Of a DNA stretch of 64,000 nucleotides, positions 35,601-48,551 are shown in pieces (the first letter of the stretch is position 1; each line of letters starts with the position of its first letter). The position numbers and the translations under genes were made by a program. The notes beneath the pieces are model-generated. The model was not told the origin of the DNA and ran no database searches. It was given only the letters and a program-made list of their open reading frames with translations. The DNA is from Schmidtea nova. Lineage: Eukaryota. The stretch is taken from assembly GCA_044892505.1 (NCBI GenBank), contig CM097883.1, forward strand, positions 314,526,001 through 314,590,000, read 5' to 3'.

Positions 35601-36632
35601 TACAATCAACATTTTACCGGCTAAAGGCATCATCTTGGTGGCCTGGAATCCACGGAGACATCGACAACTTCATTAGGTCATGTGCAATTTGCAAGAAACT
35701 ACATCCTCGCCCAGAGAAGAGCATTCACAAATGGCCAGAAGCGAAACCATTCCAAAGAGTACATATGGATTGGGCCCACATCAAAGAGGTGGGCGACGTG
35801 CTCATTATTGTAGACGCTGGTTCGGGATGGATTGAAGCCTTCAAGACATCCGATAAAACGAGTAAGTCAGTGATCACGTGCTTACGAACTGTTTTCACCA
35901 GGTTTGAAGTCCCGGAATGCATCGTCTCGGATAATGCCCAGGAATTCACTTCACATGAGCTAAACGCGTGGATCAACAGCCAAGGAGCAATGAAACTAGA
36001 ATCGCCGGCATACTTCCCTAGATCAAACGGATCAGCAGAAAGGGCTGTACAAACTGTCAAGAAAGCTCTCAAAGGATGGAACGAGCTTCGGACACATTGT
36101 GATTTCAATACCTTCCTACAGAAAATTTTATTCCACCACAGAATTTCATCGACATCGAGGGGGAAATCACCCGCAGAGATTGTTTTCGGGCGACAGCCTA
36201 GAGCTCCAATAATGTCTACATTTCAACAAGGCCAGGACATCTGGTACAAAGCCAGTGAGGATGTGGAACCAAAAGAGGGCGAATTTATCATGACTAAGGG
36301 CAACAACACTTCATACATCACCATCGAGAGTCAGAACGACAATGTGACGTTGGTTAGAAATAACCAAATCTCAGACCACCGGCAGATTCAGGAAGTCAAA
36401 GACGCACAACTTACGCAAGAAAAAGTACCAGCCGAATCCGACATTAGACGCAGTGGGAGACATCGATCGAAACATAGATGTGGGTGCTGCTGATGAAAGG
36501 ATATCATAATATTGTCAATGATAATTAACAATAATCGTGTTAATTATCGTTTTAATATTTTGTTTAAATAACTTATCATTTTATAATAAATATAATTTGA
36601 ATATTAAGAATTCTTATGCGTGCATTATAACA
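32632..36632 (+). mobile_element. Full-length Gypsy LTR retrotransposon (4,001 bp), young insertion with CAGAA TSD
   Basis: 131-bp LTRs at 32632-32762 and 36502-36632 with one mismatch seen. TSD CAGAA at 32627-32631 and 36633-36637. PBS TGGCGTCACG at 32764. Purine tract GATGAAAGGA before the 3' LTR. Confidence 0.93.
32763..36493 (+). pseudogene. Gypsy gag-pol (gag, CCHC, PR, RT, RH, IN) with one frameshift
   Basis: CPAYGKKCTNCDRMNHFAKAC, QKDTGAS, LIYQDD, TTDASKH, HNETHSG...CAIC, SDNAQEF and AERAVQTVK. A missing A in GAAAAAATTAC (~35013-35023) breaks AEKNYSNIERE. Confidence 0.9.
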
Positions 36633-37179
36633 CAGAACTTAAGTGATATCGAGAACAATTACCAATTGCAAAAACCCTTGATCCTTTCCTTTGGTGGAAA
36701 CTAAATGAAAATCGTTTTCCTGTTCTCTGTGGATTCGTCTAAACGTTTCTATGTGTACCAGCAACATCTGTCCCTTTCAAAAGATTATTTAGCTCTTCAG
36801 GATATTTCGGTAGTAAAATACGTTCAAGTTTGCTTCCAGAAAATGTAAACGTGTTGGTTTGTCTACGTGATTGGCTAAATTATTCAAATTTGACAAAGAG
36901 TAATTAAATTTCCGATTCTGTGATTTAAAATATTCATCAATATTTCTAGTTTGTTCTATTTTTTCAATTATAACTGGTTACGGTTTGATTTATCAACATT
37001 TATTTATAAAATACACTATTATATTACTTAAGCCCTGATAAAATTAGCATATTGTTTTGTCCTTATGATGATTTTTTAACCGATAACTACAGTTAAGATA
37101 AAACCTTAATACTTAAGTATAAATATTTAATAGTATGATGTGTCACCCCCCCTAAGATTTACGATTGAATAATTATAGT

Positions 37180-37281
37180 GTGTGTAAACTAACTTTAGCG
37201 GGAATAAAATGTGTGTACATAAACTTTGGCGGGAATTAGGTGTGTGTAAACCAACTTTGGCGTGAATAAGCTGTGTGTAAA
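37180..37281. repeat. 31-bp tandem repeat x3 carrying TTTGGCGGGAA-type motifs
   Basis: GTGTGT anchors at ~37180, 37211, 37242 and 37273. Confidence 0.8.
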
Positions 37282-37586
37282 AGAACATTTGATTGACTTT
37301 TAAGTGTGTATAGTGCGTATAGAAAATTTAGTGCGTTTAAACAAGTGTTTTCTTTTAATATTTAGTTTAAATAAAATTTGATGGGGATTTCAAAATAACT
37401 TTTATTTTCAATTGATTGGCAGAGATTTTGGAAGGTAAAGTAGGGTTAAATCTTAAAATATATTTGATTAAAATTTGGCTCATTGCTTTAACTACTTATT
37501 AGTTTTATATTACAAGTAGGTTAATAAAGTCTTTTGTTTAAATGATACTAAAAAGTCGTTTTTAAATTATTAATAAATAAACACTC

Positions 37587-37621
<35 letters not shown>

Positions 37622-38037
37622 AATAATCTTGAGTATCCAGATTACAAAAAAAATATTATAAATTTCATTTAAACATAATAAAAATAAGACATTTTGTAAT
37701 AATAATTCGAAATAATTCAGCAGATAGTTTATAGTAAAAATTTATTAAATATAACAAATTTGATATGAACAAAACATAAATGTTTTTAACAGAAAATCTA
37801 TTCAACATGGAATAGTCCGTAAGTTGTTTTCACAACTTTTTCTGTGGCTCAAATCTGAATCTATCTTTGTATATCTTCATCCGGCTTTGCGAATTTTCTT
37901 TGACCTGGTTTTTACTTCAATCGGTCGATATTTCACAGTGTCTCTATCCAGATCTCAATTCCCTCCACAATGAATCATCCAATTGCACAGATCAACATAT
38001 TTATTCAAAAGAAAAATTGTGTATTTATTTACAAATT

Positions 38038-38958
38038 TTAGTTTTTTACAAAATATTTTTTTACAATAAATAACAAAAGTCTGGAGTAAAGGCCTCTAGT
38101 ATAGTAGTACCAGATTTTGGCTGAATGAGCAATATTGCTTATCATGCATTCCTTCAATAAACTCTTTATATTGTTCTCTGGGACACCCATTTTAAGTAAG
38201 AGATCAAAGGTTTTTAAATCAACTGATCCTAAAGAACCTATTATGCATGTTAGTAGTTCAATTTTGTAGTCTGGCTTAACCTTTTGTATATCTAATTTTA
38301 ATTTATTATATTTTTCTAAATTTAATTTATCAATTTTTTCAAAGTTGGAGACAGGGTCAATAGGACACTTCATGTCAATAAGAAAGATAGTCTTTTTTTC
38401 TGTGTTTGTGATTATCAAATCAACACGTTCGTTAGAGTTTGGAACTAGAAAGCACGCGTGATTAACAACTACAATTAATGCTGGATTTTTGAGCTCTTTA
38501 CAAATATTATCAAGACAGAAATTGTGACGACTAGTTGCAAGTGTCTGATTAATTTTACATTTTTGAAAAACATGTAACATTGTCTCATCTTCTAATTTAC
38601 AGCGACGACAAAGACGGTCCTCAGCACTTTTAAAAAGCTTGGCAGATGTTGAAAGTGTATTTGTCCGAGCACGATGGGTAAATTTCCATTCAAATTCAGT
38701 CAAATCACTATGGAAAATTAATTTGTTGACTAATGGGCATAGCTTTATCGCAGATATCAATAGGTTGCTGTTATTACTTTGTTCCCATTTTTCTAAGTAA
38801 GAATCTTGAATGGCAGAGTGAAGAAATTTAGATACTGCTTTCCTTAAAGTTGATAACAAGATTCTTGTACCAGTTAGAGATGTAGTAAGACGAATTGAAG
38901 GTTCACCATTAACTGTTTCAAATAGAATTTTGATATATTTATTTTGTACACAAAACAT
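38038..38958 (-). mobile_element. 3' fragment of a second NeSL/R5-type non-LTR element (CCHC + RLE)
   Basis: HRARTNTLST, CRRCKLEDETMLHVFQKC and ERVDLII..LIDMKCP. Clearly paralogous to the C-terminus of the 16458-20231 ORF. Confidence 0.88.
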
Positions 38959-39099
38959 TGATCATCATCACTATTGTAATCAACAACGTTTTACTCAAGT
39001 TATTTAATTGAGTGGGTTTTTTTTGTAAATTTTTGTTTAATTTCTTTTTCTTTTTCACCGTTAATTGGTTTTGACCTCAGGGGATACCCTTCTTCCACT

Positions 39100-41120
39100 G
39101 TAACTTTCTTACATCGATTCACATGAATGAAAATTGTTCCAGCCTTTTTATTATTTCGTGGACGCAATTTTAAATTCTTTCTGTTGCATCACAAACTAAA
39201 TATGGTCCTTTAAATGGTAAATGTAGCTTTGTAGACAGCCTTTTTGTTGGCTCTGGTTTATTTATGTATACTAAGTCTCTAACTTTAATATCATGTGCAT
39301 GTGCACATTTGTTGTAGCATTCTTTATATGCTTCTTGGTTATGCTTTATTTTAAGTCCAGTTTGGATCCATACTGATTGCAGTCTTTCCTGCATTACCAC
39401 TTTATAATGGGATACGTCCATATATTGTAAGATTGGTGGTTGAAACTTAAGGTCAATCGGCCTAATGATTCGTCGTAAGTACATAAGATAAAATGGTGTT
39501 TCACCAGTGCTTTCATTCACGGCATTTCGATATGCGAGCAAACATGGTTTAATGAACAAATCCCAATCCTTTTGTTTCCTGTTTACATACGAGGATATCA
39601 TGTTGATCAGTGTTACATTGAGTCTTTCAACTAGACCGTCTGTTTGTGGGTGATACCGAGATGCATTAAGTTTCAGAATTCCAAATAATTCGGTGATAGA
39701 TTTAAATAATTCGCTTTAAAAGTTTGTTCCTTAATCTGTGAGCAGTTTCCTTGGTGCCCGGTACCGAAATATGATGTTTTCTACAAATAATTTTGCCACA
39801 GTTTCCGCTTTTTGATTCTGCATAGTATATGCTTTTGGCCATTTTGTTACATAATAACAAAAAACAATTGTATATTTATTGCCATTAGTTGTTTCTGGTA
39901 GTGGACAAACAATGTTCATTGCTGTCATTTCCATTGTTGCTAGTGGCACGGGCATACGTTTCAAAGGAAGCTTTATTTCCCTACCTGTATTTCGTCTGGT
40001 TAGACACACTTCACAAGTATGACACCATTGTCTGACATCGTGTTCCATCGTATCCCAATTGTATATCTGTTTTATTCTTGACAGAGCTTTTGAGCAGATA
40101 AATGTCCTCCCAATGCCCCATCGTGATATAAAAACAGTAATACTGTTCGATATTTTGTCGGTACTACTATTACTAAATTTTCGTTTTTTACACATTTCAA
40201 CAAACTGTCATGGATGACGTATTTATGTTTTTCTTCCGCAATATGCTTCCAGTCACTTTCTCTTTTTATTGTGACGGCATGTTTACGCAATTGATTTAAT
40301 TCAAAATCTTTTGCTTGATCACTTTGTAATTCTTTAATATTATTGGCAGTTTTGATTGCCATAGCTATTGTATTTTCATAATTTACTTCATTTTGAATAA
40401 TATTTTCCTCAGGGATTCTCGACATTGGATCCGCATTTGCATTTTAATTCCCTGTACGGTACTTAATCTCGAAATCGTACTCTTGTAATGCAATTGACCA
40501 CCTAATTAGCTTGATTGATGAATCTCTATGCTTTATCAACCATTGTAATGGGTTATGATCCGTGAATACAACAAACTTTCTCCAAACCAAATATTGTCGA
40601 AAATTAGTTATCCTATATACTAATGCTAGAGTTTCTTTTTCAATTGTTGAGTAATTTTTCTTATGTGGTTTTAATGAACGGCTTGCATAAGCGATTACGT
40701 GATCTTTCTCACCTCCTACTTGCTGTCCCAGTACTAATGCGAAATTGCTTGCATCCGTCATCAGTAAAAATGATTTTTTGAAGTTCGGGAATCTTAATAT
40801 CGGTTGTTTAATAAGACTCTCTTTTAATTTTTCAAATGCTTCTTGTTGAGCTGTTGCCCATTTGAATTTGGTCTGCTTTTTTAGCAACATATTTAAAGAT
40901 TGTGCTACATACAAAAAATCCTTTATGAATTTCATATAATAGCTAGCTAATCCAAGAAATTGTCGGACTTGGTCTGCATCTTTAGGGATCAGATACTTTT
41001 TAATCTTTTCAACATTTTCTGAATTTGGTTGTAACCCTCTCCGTGAAATAATATGTCCTACATAAACAACTTCTAATTTTCCCTATTCACATTTTAAAGG
41101 TTTCATTTTTAGATTAGCTT
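39100..41120 (-). pseudogene. Decayed Gypsy pol fragment (late RT, RH, IN)
   Basis: TDASNFA, RTDHNPL, YHDGALGGHLS, CHTCEVC and RAPRKLLTD, with frameshifts. Confidence 0.85.
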
Positions 41121-41123
41121 CTA

Positions 41124-44100
41124 TTAGTCGTTGAAAACACTGCTATTAATTGTTTCATAAGATATATGAGCCTCCTTTCCATTAAGATGTGATATGATTT
41201 CTGAAATAATTTTGTCTTCGTTTTGCTTCTGTTTAATAATTTTCATAATATATGAACTTTCTTGTAGACTATTAATGTACCAAGTTCTGCATTTTGCCTC
41301 TTTGGCATTTTTGTTATTCATCTGACAATGAGCGCATATGGCATTATTTAAACGAGACATACCATCTGCATTTCCATGTTCTTCTCCCTTCCTATATTGT
41401 AACTCAAAATCGTATTCAGATAAATTTGCCATCCATGTCTGAAACTGCGGGCTTATTGGTTTCTTTGTCGAGTTCATAAACGTCAATGCCTTGTGATCCG
41501 TTCTGGCTACAAATTTTCTTCCATATAAATATTGTCTAAAATTTACAATAAACTCGTGAAGTGCCAAAAACTCTTTTTTAGTAACCCAATATCCCATTTC
41601 ATGTGTTGTCAAATGTCTTGAACCATACGTTTTCACTCCTTTAGTACCGTCTTCCTTAATCTGAGATAAAACTGCACCTATGGCTCTAAAACTAGCATCC
41701 GTATCAAAAATAAATAGTCGATCTGCCCTTGGAAATTCTAATATTGGTGCTTCATACAAGAGTTTCTTTAAATTGATAAAATCTTTTATACATTCTTCCT
41801 TCCAAACAATAATTTTATTGTTTCCTGTTGTTGCGGCATATAAAAGTGCTGTTATCATTGAATGATTCTTGATAATAATTAGTAAAACCTAAGAATGAAC
41901 TAAATTCTGTAACACTCTTCGGTTCAGTTGCATTTTCAATTTCTGAAATCTTTCTTTTATTTGTTCGAGTTCCATTTTCACTCACTGTATGACCAATGAA
42001 ATTTAATACGCTTTTATGGAGCGCGCCTTTCTTGGGATTCTACTTTCAAACCGGCATCTCTAATGCGTGTGAATAGACGTTTATCACGAGTTCCCTGATT
42101 TTCAGCATATATTAAAATTTTATCAAGATACACAACCACTCCTTTGAAAATTAATCCTTCCAATATCGTATGCATTAGTTTCTGAAAAGTGACAGGAGCT
42201 GTTGACACACCAAATGGTAACCTGTTAAAACATAACTGTCTTTCTATTGAATTAAATGTCGTATTTTTTGGAAATTTTCATGCAACTACCTGATAATAGG
42301 CCTGACCTAACTCAATTGATAAAAATATATTTGACTTGCCCAGACAATTCAATAATAACTGTATGTATGGAATCGGAAATGATAACTGTAGGAAGAATGT
42401 ATATTAAACAATTAATGTTGTTTTAATATTATGAAAATGTCGGAAAATAGAATTTGAAAAACGTTGTGTTTTACAATAACCTTTCTGTAACCGAATTTAA
42501 TAACCTAAAATATAGACACATCCGGTTTTTCGACTATCACTAGTGGTGTGTTCCACATACTCTGATATTTCCTTACAACTCCAGCTTCTAATAAATTCTG
42601 TATTAACTCTTCAAATTTTACTTCTAAATGCATGGGTTGTCTTCTGGGATGATCTTGTATGATCTAAGTCAAATTTGGATGCCATAAAATGTTGCTAAAC
42701 TTAGATATTAAAGTACCCAACTTGGACTTCTTGTCCAACTTCAGCGTTGATAACGCAAACTCTAACCCATCAAAATCTGTAAATTTCTTGGTAATTAACG
42801 AGGCATTTGTATAATTGACTTCTTTAAGCTCCATGCCAAATATTCTCATGGTGTCTACACATCTGGATGAATTTTTCTGACAATAATAAAATTCGATTCT
42901 CGACATTTGTTGTTCCATTTTGCAACAATTTTAACGCTTATGAGAGGTTTCTCGTCTTCTCGACCGTATTCTGCTTTCCCTCAATGTTACACTGCCAATA
43001 TTTCTCACTCACCAGACCGATTAATACTCCTGAATCCCATAGCATTTATTCATAAAATTCATTTATTTCAATCGTACTCCACTTTCTGTCATCATCCTTC
43101 TTAACCACTTTACCGGTAGACCCGAGTTAACTCGTCAAGCCAAAACCAGTTGATAACCGGTAGACCCGAGTTAACTCGTTTTATAGATTTAGTTAGTTAA
43201 CTGTTATTCGTTATTAGTTGTTCGTTATTGTTGATAACGATGATTGAAAAAAAATTAAAAAATTAAATTTTTTTATAATCGCCAATAAAGTTGCCAATTA
43301 AAGGTCGATTTCAAAAAAATGTTGACGGTAAAGGGGTTAAACATCACATCCTTCTTTCAAACATTTCGTTTTTTTATATTCATCTACTGTCTCGACCCTA
43401 CTGACGAAATGTAGACAACAGGGTCTTCTTGGTTCTTTTGAGTCTCAAAATTATGTATGACTGGGTATGTCAATTACTCTGATCTGTCATCGTCTTCTTC
43501 GTGTATACAATACACTTCGTTCCAATCGTTGTCTATTGCTTCTTGATTTTGCTAACAAATTGCAACTTCTAAATTAATGACCTTCTTTACTGCATATTAA
43601 GCACGTGTCCTACAAAGGACACTCAAATCACATATGGTCACTTTGTCTACAACAAAAGCATTGGCCAGGTCTTAACCTTTCTTCTGTGGTTCAGGTAAGC
43701 CACAAGATTTATTATAAACTTTCCTCGTGATATGTTTCATTGAAACTAACGATGGTGGTTTACTATCCGTAGTTGTGCTTTCATTATATTGTTCTACCAC
43801 AGTTGTCACTCTATCAATTTGTCTGTCGCTTCTTTCATTTTTATTTTAACGATTTGAATATATTCTGTTATTAAAAGATATTTTTGGAGTCCATTGCTTT
43901 TTTATCTTGAGCGACGTTTGCATAGGTTGATTTAACTATTGTCTGAACTTCTTTAAATCGTTCTTTTGCATCATAACTTTCTCGTGCCTCATATACCTTT
44001 GCTAAACTTCTAATCTCTTTCCTCGTAATGTTAGCCTTCGTTGATATATTTTCTTTCAAGCGATCATTCAAAACTCTGTTGCACAAAATCAGTTCAACAA

Positions 44101-44552
44101 TATTTTCTTTTGAGATTCCACATTCAAAAACCTCGTCAAAGAGTTTCTTCACTTGTATCTCGAATGTAATGAATGTTTCATCGTGATTTTGTTTCACTAC
44201 TGATAAGTCCCAAGTCTTATTCTAATGGACTTCTTTTTGGTAAATGTTTCATTAAACCATTCACGAGCTTTTTCATCCGTTGTGGAGATGTCTTTAAATT
44301 CTTTCCAAAGAATAGATGCTTCTTCAGACAATAACAAGTCAAAAATACTTACTAAATTTAGATCATTAATGAGCATTCAATATTTAATATCCTTGAGCCA
44401 TTTCTCTGCTTCTATCGTGTTTTGTCCGTCAAATTTTCTGAGATTAAAATTAAATATGTCCTTTGCCTGTTTAGGCAAGATTCCATGATCCTTTTCTATG
44501 CTGATTTATTGTCACTACGTGAATCGTTTTGATTTTCTCTGCGTGGTCACCA
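41124..44552 (-). pseudogene. Decayed Gypsy of another family (gag, RT, RH) with candidate PBS TGGTGACCACG at 44552-44542
   Basis: DTDASFRAIGAVL, RTDHKAL, GVSTAPVTFQ, VVYLDKIL (degenerate YxDD) and gag-like QNHDETFITF. Confidence 0.75.
43105..43336. mobile_element. piggyBac-type MITE (232 bp) with TTAA TSD
   Basis: TTAA|CCACTTTACCG ... CGGTAAAGGGG|TTAA (11-bp TIR, one mismatch). Internal direct repeat ACCGGTAGACCCGAGTTAACTCGT x2. Confidence 0.85.
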
Positions 44553-45346
44553 GTTGCAATCTCTTCAAAAATCATAATAGCAATAAATTTATATTTTTTA
44601 AAAATATTGTAGAATTTGTAATATTAAAACAAAATTTTAATATACATTAATTATTGAACATCACTATTATATTATATCATAACAATTATATTATATTTTA
44701 AAAATACTCCACTGCCGACAAATAATAAAAATTTTATTTTATGTTTATTTTAAATAATAATAATATTATTGATAATAAAATTTATTTATAATATTAAAAT
44801 TTTGTAAATAATTACTTAAAAATATTAAGTAATACAAAAAAGTAACTTAAATCTACAAAAATTAGGGACTAACGGATGTACGTAGAAAAGTAATTATATA
44901 ATCTGATAAAATTCTTTCATGAAATATATGTCGAAGTCTCAACTTTAGGGCACTTTGTATAAATAAATAAATAACGAAGACTCTGAATTTGAAATTACAA
45001 TTATTCCAAATAAATTGACACAAAAATGTTTAGATTTAGTACTAAGTTTCAAAGACGAGTTCATTCTGTAATGCAATTTGTTTTGCGTACAAATGCCTAG
45101 GCTGGGCTATGTTAATGTACACTACTTTTATTTTTGGTCTATTAGGACCTAAAAAACTAACGCAATAATTTTTGGGTGGTTTGACTGAAAATTTTCTCGA
45201 TTTATATAATAAAATTTGTTGGTTTACTATTTTATTTTTAGAATAACGTTTTGTTTATTTAAAATATTGTGGGTACGTGTGCGTGTGTGTAATTGTATAC
45301 TAAAAAGAATTAGAATTATTATTATTAATTTTTATTATTATTATCA

Positions 45347-45556
45347 NNNNNNNNNNNNNNNNNNNNNNNNNNNNNNNNNNNNNNNNNNNNNNNNNNNNNN
45401 NNNNNNNNNNNNNNNNNNNNNNNNNNNNNNNNNNNNNNNNNNNNNNNNNNNNNNNNNNNNNNNNNNNNNNNNNNNNNNNNNNNNNNNNNNNNNNNNNNNN
45501 NNNNNNNNNNNNNNNNNNNNNNNNNNNNNNNNNNNNNNNNNNNNNNNNNNNNNNNN
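45347..45556. other. Assembly gap (210 N)
   Basis: Run of N. Confidence 1.
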
Positions 45557-46194
45557 TTTAAATATTTTGAACACATAAGTTTTTTTTGCAAGATTTGCAA
45601 GATATTTATCAAACAAGTTCCAAAAAAATATTCCCATCCATCCACCACTAGATGCACATGTTGGCGGATCTGGTTTCTCCAGTGCCTTTCATCTTGTAAG
45701 TTTTTTTTGTTTATATTATTAAAACTTGATTAATAAAGAAAAAAAACTTTTCTTTTTAAATTTGCACCAACAGACAATATTTTCTACAGTTTTGCGTTAT
45801 TGTACTGTGCATGCAATTGTGGATAGATCCTTGTTGGCGCTATGCATCATATATTTTAATTTAATTAAAATTTTGTAATGGAAATTTTTGTCTATCTTTA
45901 TATATGTTGGGTTATTATAATTTCGGTATGACTAAACTTTATTCTGACTCCTTGTAATCTTTGAAAATCAATGAAACCCAGCAAAGAATATTTATTGATT
46001 AAGAACAAAATTCCACAACGTCAATGCAATCTTGCTTTTGTTTTGGGTAAAATATCCGAAGGTTGTACCTCTGAAATCTGATTCAGGCGATATTTTTATT
46101 AATTACAAATAAGTTTCTTGAATTTTATTTAGCTCTAATCCCTTTCATGGACTAGTTCTTTTCGATTTTGTGTGTTTATGTATAACCCCAACAA

Positions 46195-46196
<2 letters not shown>

Positions 46197-46248
<52 letters not shown>
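46197..46248. repeat. (TA)n microsatellite
   Basis: Directly visible; shorter ones at ~37590-37618 and ~47562-47578. Confidence 0.95.
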
Positions 46249-46251
<3 letters not shown>

Positions 46252-47953
46252 TGTCACACAACACAAAGTAAAACTAAGAGTTCATCAATAAAAAAATTTC
46301 ATATTATTATCATATTATCTCTGGGCCTTCCAAACAGATATTGAGTCTATCTCGTATCTCTAATCTTGTAATTGTTGTCTAAATTTAATATTTTTATCAA
46401 TTTTCTGTTGTCCACAATATAAACTATAAAGAAATGAGTTGTCATTGGATTAGTATTTATTTGAAGAATTTATTTCGAGAATTATTATTATTTGGAAAAT
46501 GTATTATTTATTTAATGTAAATTATTATGTACTATTGCCGGAACCCCAAAAGACACAAATAAAATGAAACATAGAACATGTAACACTATCTGAAACACAG
46601 AATCCCCATCTCGTGCTCCCTATAATAATTTACGAGTTTAAAATATTCTTCTATTTATAATTTTCATAATAAATTATTTTTCTATAAATAAAAAATAATT
46701 CATCATTGACATTTCTTATTTTCACGTTTTATTTTTTTCTTTTCTATTTCAAATATTTTCCGTTTTTTTATAAAGACTTCGAATCAAATTTGTGAAAAAT
46801 ACACACGTGAAAAAGGCTGTGTCGAAAATTTGTGTACTTTAAAAAAAAATGTATAAAAAGAAAACTAACTAATAAATTTAAAAATCATATTCATAATGGT
46901 AGTGCAATTCTAAATGGGGAATATTGAAAATATTTACAAATTCCTTTGCAATGCGAACCGCTTTGAATATTTAATTGTTAAAAAAAAGTAATTAAAAAGT
47001 ATGAAAACTTTATACAAAAAGGAAATTATTACTGACAAGTATTTGAACCTTTTCCCAAAATTTTTAAAACATGATTTAATTTAACTAATGCCCTGAAGTA
47101 ATTTCCAGATTATGTTTATAATGTAGAATAAAGAGCAGTGAGATGGGTCTAATTGACAGGATGAAAGTACCTATAGGATGACATGAAAAGAACTGCCTTT
47201 GGATAATTGCTTGCATGTTAAATTATTTGATGATAAGCATATTTTGATTAAAAGGAAATTTTTAAATTTAAAATTATTTTTATCACTGATTAAATATGTT
47301 TAATAATTATGATATGATCAAGGGGCGACCTTAGATAAATTTCACGAAGCACGAAAGACTTACCTGTTCGATGTCTATTTTAGTACTTTAGGATGGTTTA
47401 CAACAAGCGTGCCAGACCCGCAGCCTACGCCCCGCATACGGCCCAACAATATTCATATACACACAAACTTTTTCAATTAATTTTTTAAAACTATTTCATG
47501 TTGCTATTTTTTAATTTCGTAATAAAAAATTCATGAATTATTGAAGTTTAAATTAACTAAGTATATATATATATATATTGTGAATGTTATATTTTTGTGT
47601 TATTTTATGATGATGGTTATTGTCATTTTGGTATGAGTTTGTAAGCGCCGTCATTACTAGGGACGGTGCCCTTGCGGTCACCAGGAACCCCCCCCCTATT
47701 TATTTTTTTTATATTGTCTAATAATTAAATAATTAAATAATTTGAATTATTAAAATTCAAATTATTAAAAATTCAAATAGCTTACTATAGGAAACTATAG
47801 TAAGCTATAATAAAGAAAATTGATTAAAAAAATATAACTAATAACAATATGAATTCGTGAATTGAAAAAATTTAAAAACTTTTAAGAAAAGATCTCAATA
47901 CCCTTTATTAACGCAGAATCAAAGAATAGAAAATTAAAAATCAGAAACTAGAC

Positions 47954-48164
47954 CAAGCCAATTTCATTTATACAGAAGATTTATCAAAGCTTATATAGTC
48001 TTCCAATTTACAATCTCCCTCGTCGACGGCTGCTAAATTGTAAAGAATCAAAGATTGCTGAAAGAAAATTCAAGCCAATTTTATTTATACAGAAGATTTA
48101 TCAAAGTTTATACAGTTTTCCAACTTACAATCTCCCTCGTCAACGGCTGCTAAATTGTAAAGAA
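47954..48164. repeat. ~94-bp direct repeat x2 (47954-48047 and 48071-48164), possibly inside an LTR
   Basis: Visible duplication just beyond a candidate PPT (GCGGGGGGAA-TGT on the minus strand, 48253-48241). Confidence 0.8.
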
Positions 48165-48551
48165 GTGCTGGTGTGTTGGTTGGATTGACAACTGAGATCC
48201 TTATGATTTTATACGTTAGGGTGATCTCGCCAACATAAAAACATTCCCCCCGCTGACACCCATGATGTATCCCTAACTACTCATCATGTTGGTGCTGTGT
48301 CAACGTTGTGAAATGACAAGGCAGGTGAGCAACCTTTCGGCTACTATTCCCTTGTTTATTCACGGGTCCACCACTACCGATAGAAGGTGTCTGTGGCTTT
48401 CTTTCGGTCCCACTTATGCTCTTTTCTATTGTCCTAGGGTGATTCAATTTTATTACATCTGCGGCTTTAAATGAATCCGGGTTTTAGTTATATTCAATTC
48501 TCAGTCATTCCACAAACAAACAAGACAAGTCAAATCATTCGTTTTATACAT

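Larger units (their letters stand above)
31032..36907 (+). pseudogene. hAT (Ac/ZBED1-like) transposase pseudogene interrupted by a Gypsy insertion
   Basis: BED-like N-terminus (YHLKHRH), YFWTS..SYCSITGHWID, PDSAHNI, CIAHCL and QDVSTSCNST. After the Gypsy come VPATSVP..RLFSSSG and LLPENVNVLVCLRDWL (hATC domain). Many stops. Confidence 0.85.

Noticed and set aside
45216-45657. ORFs spanning the N run
   Set aside because: Created by the assembly gap.
47579-48243. Exact limits of the giant element's 3' LTR
   Set aside because: A PPT-like GGGGGGAA-TGT is present, but without the 5' LTR or TSD the distal end cannot be fixed.
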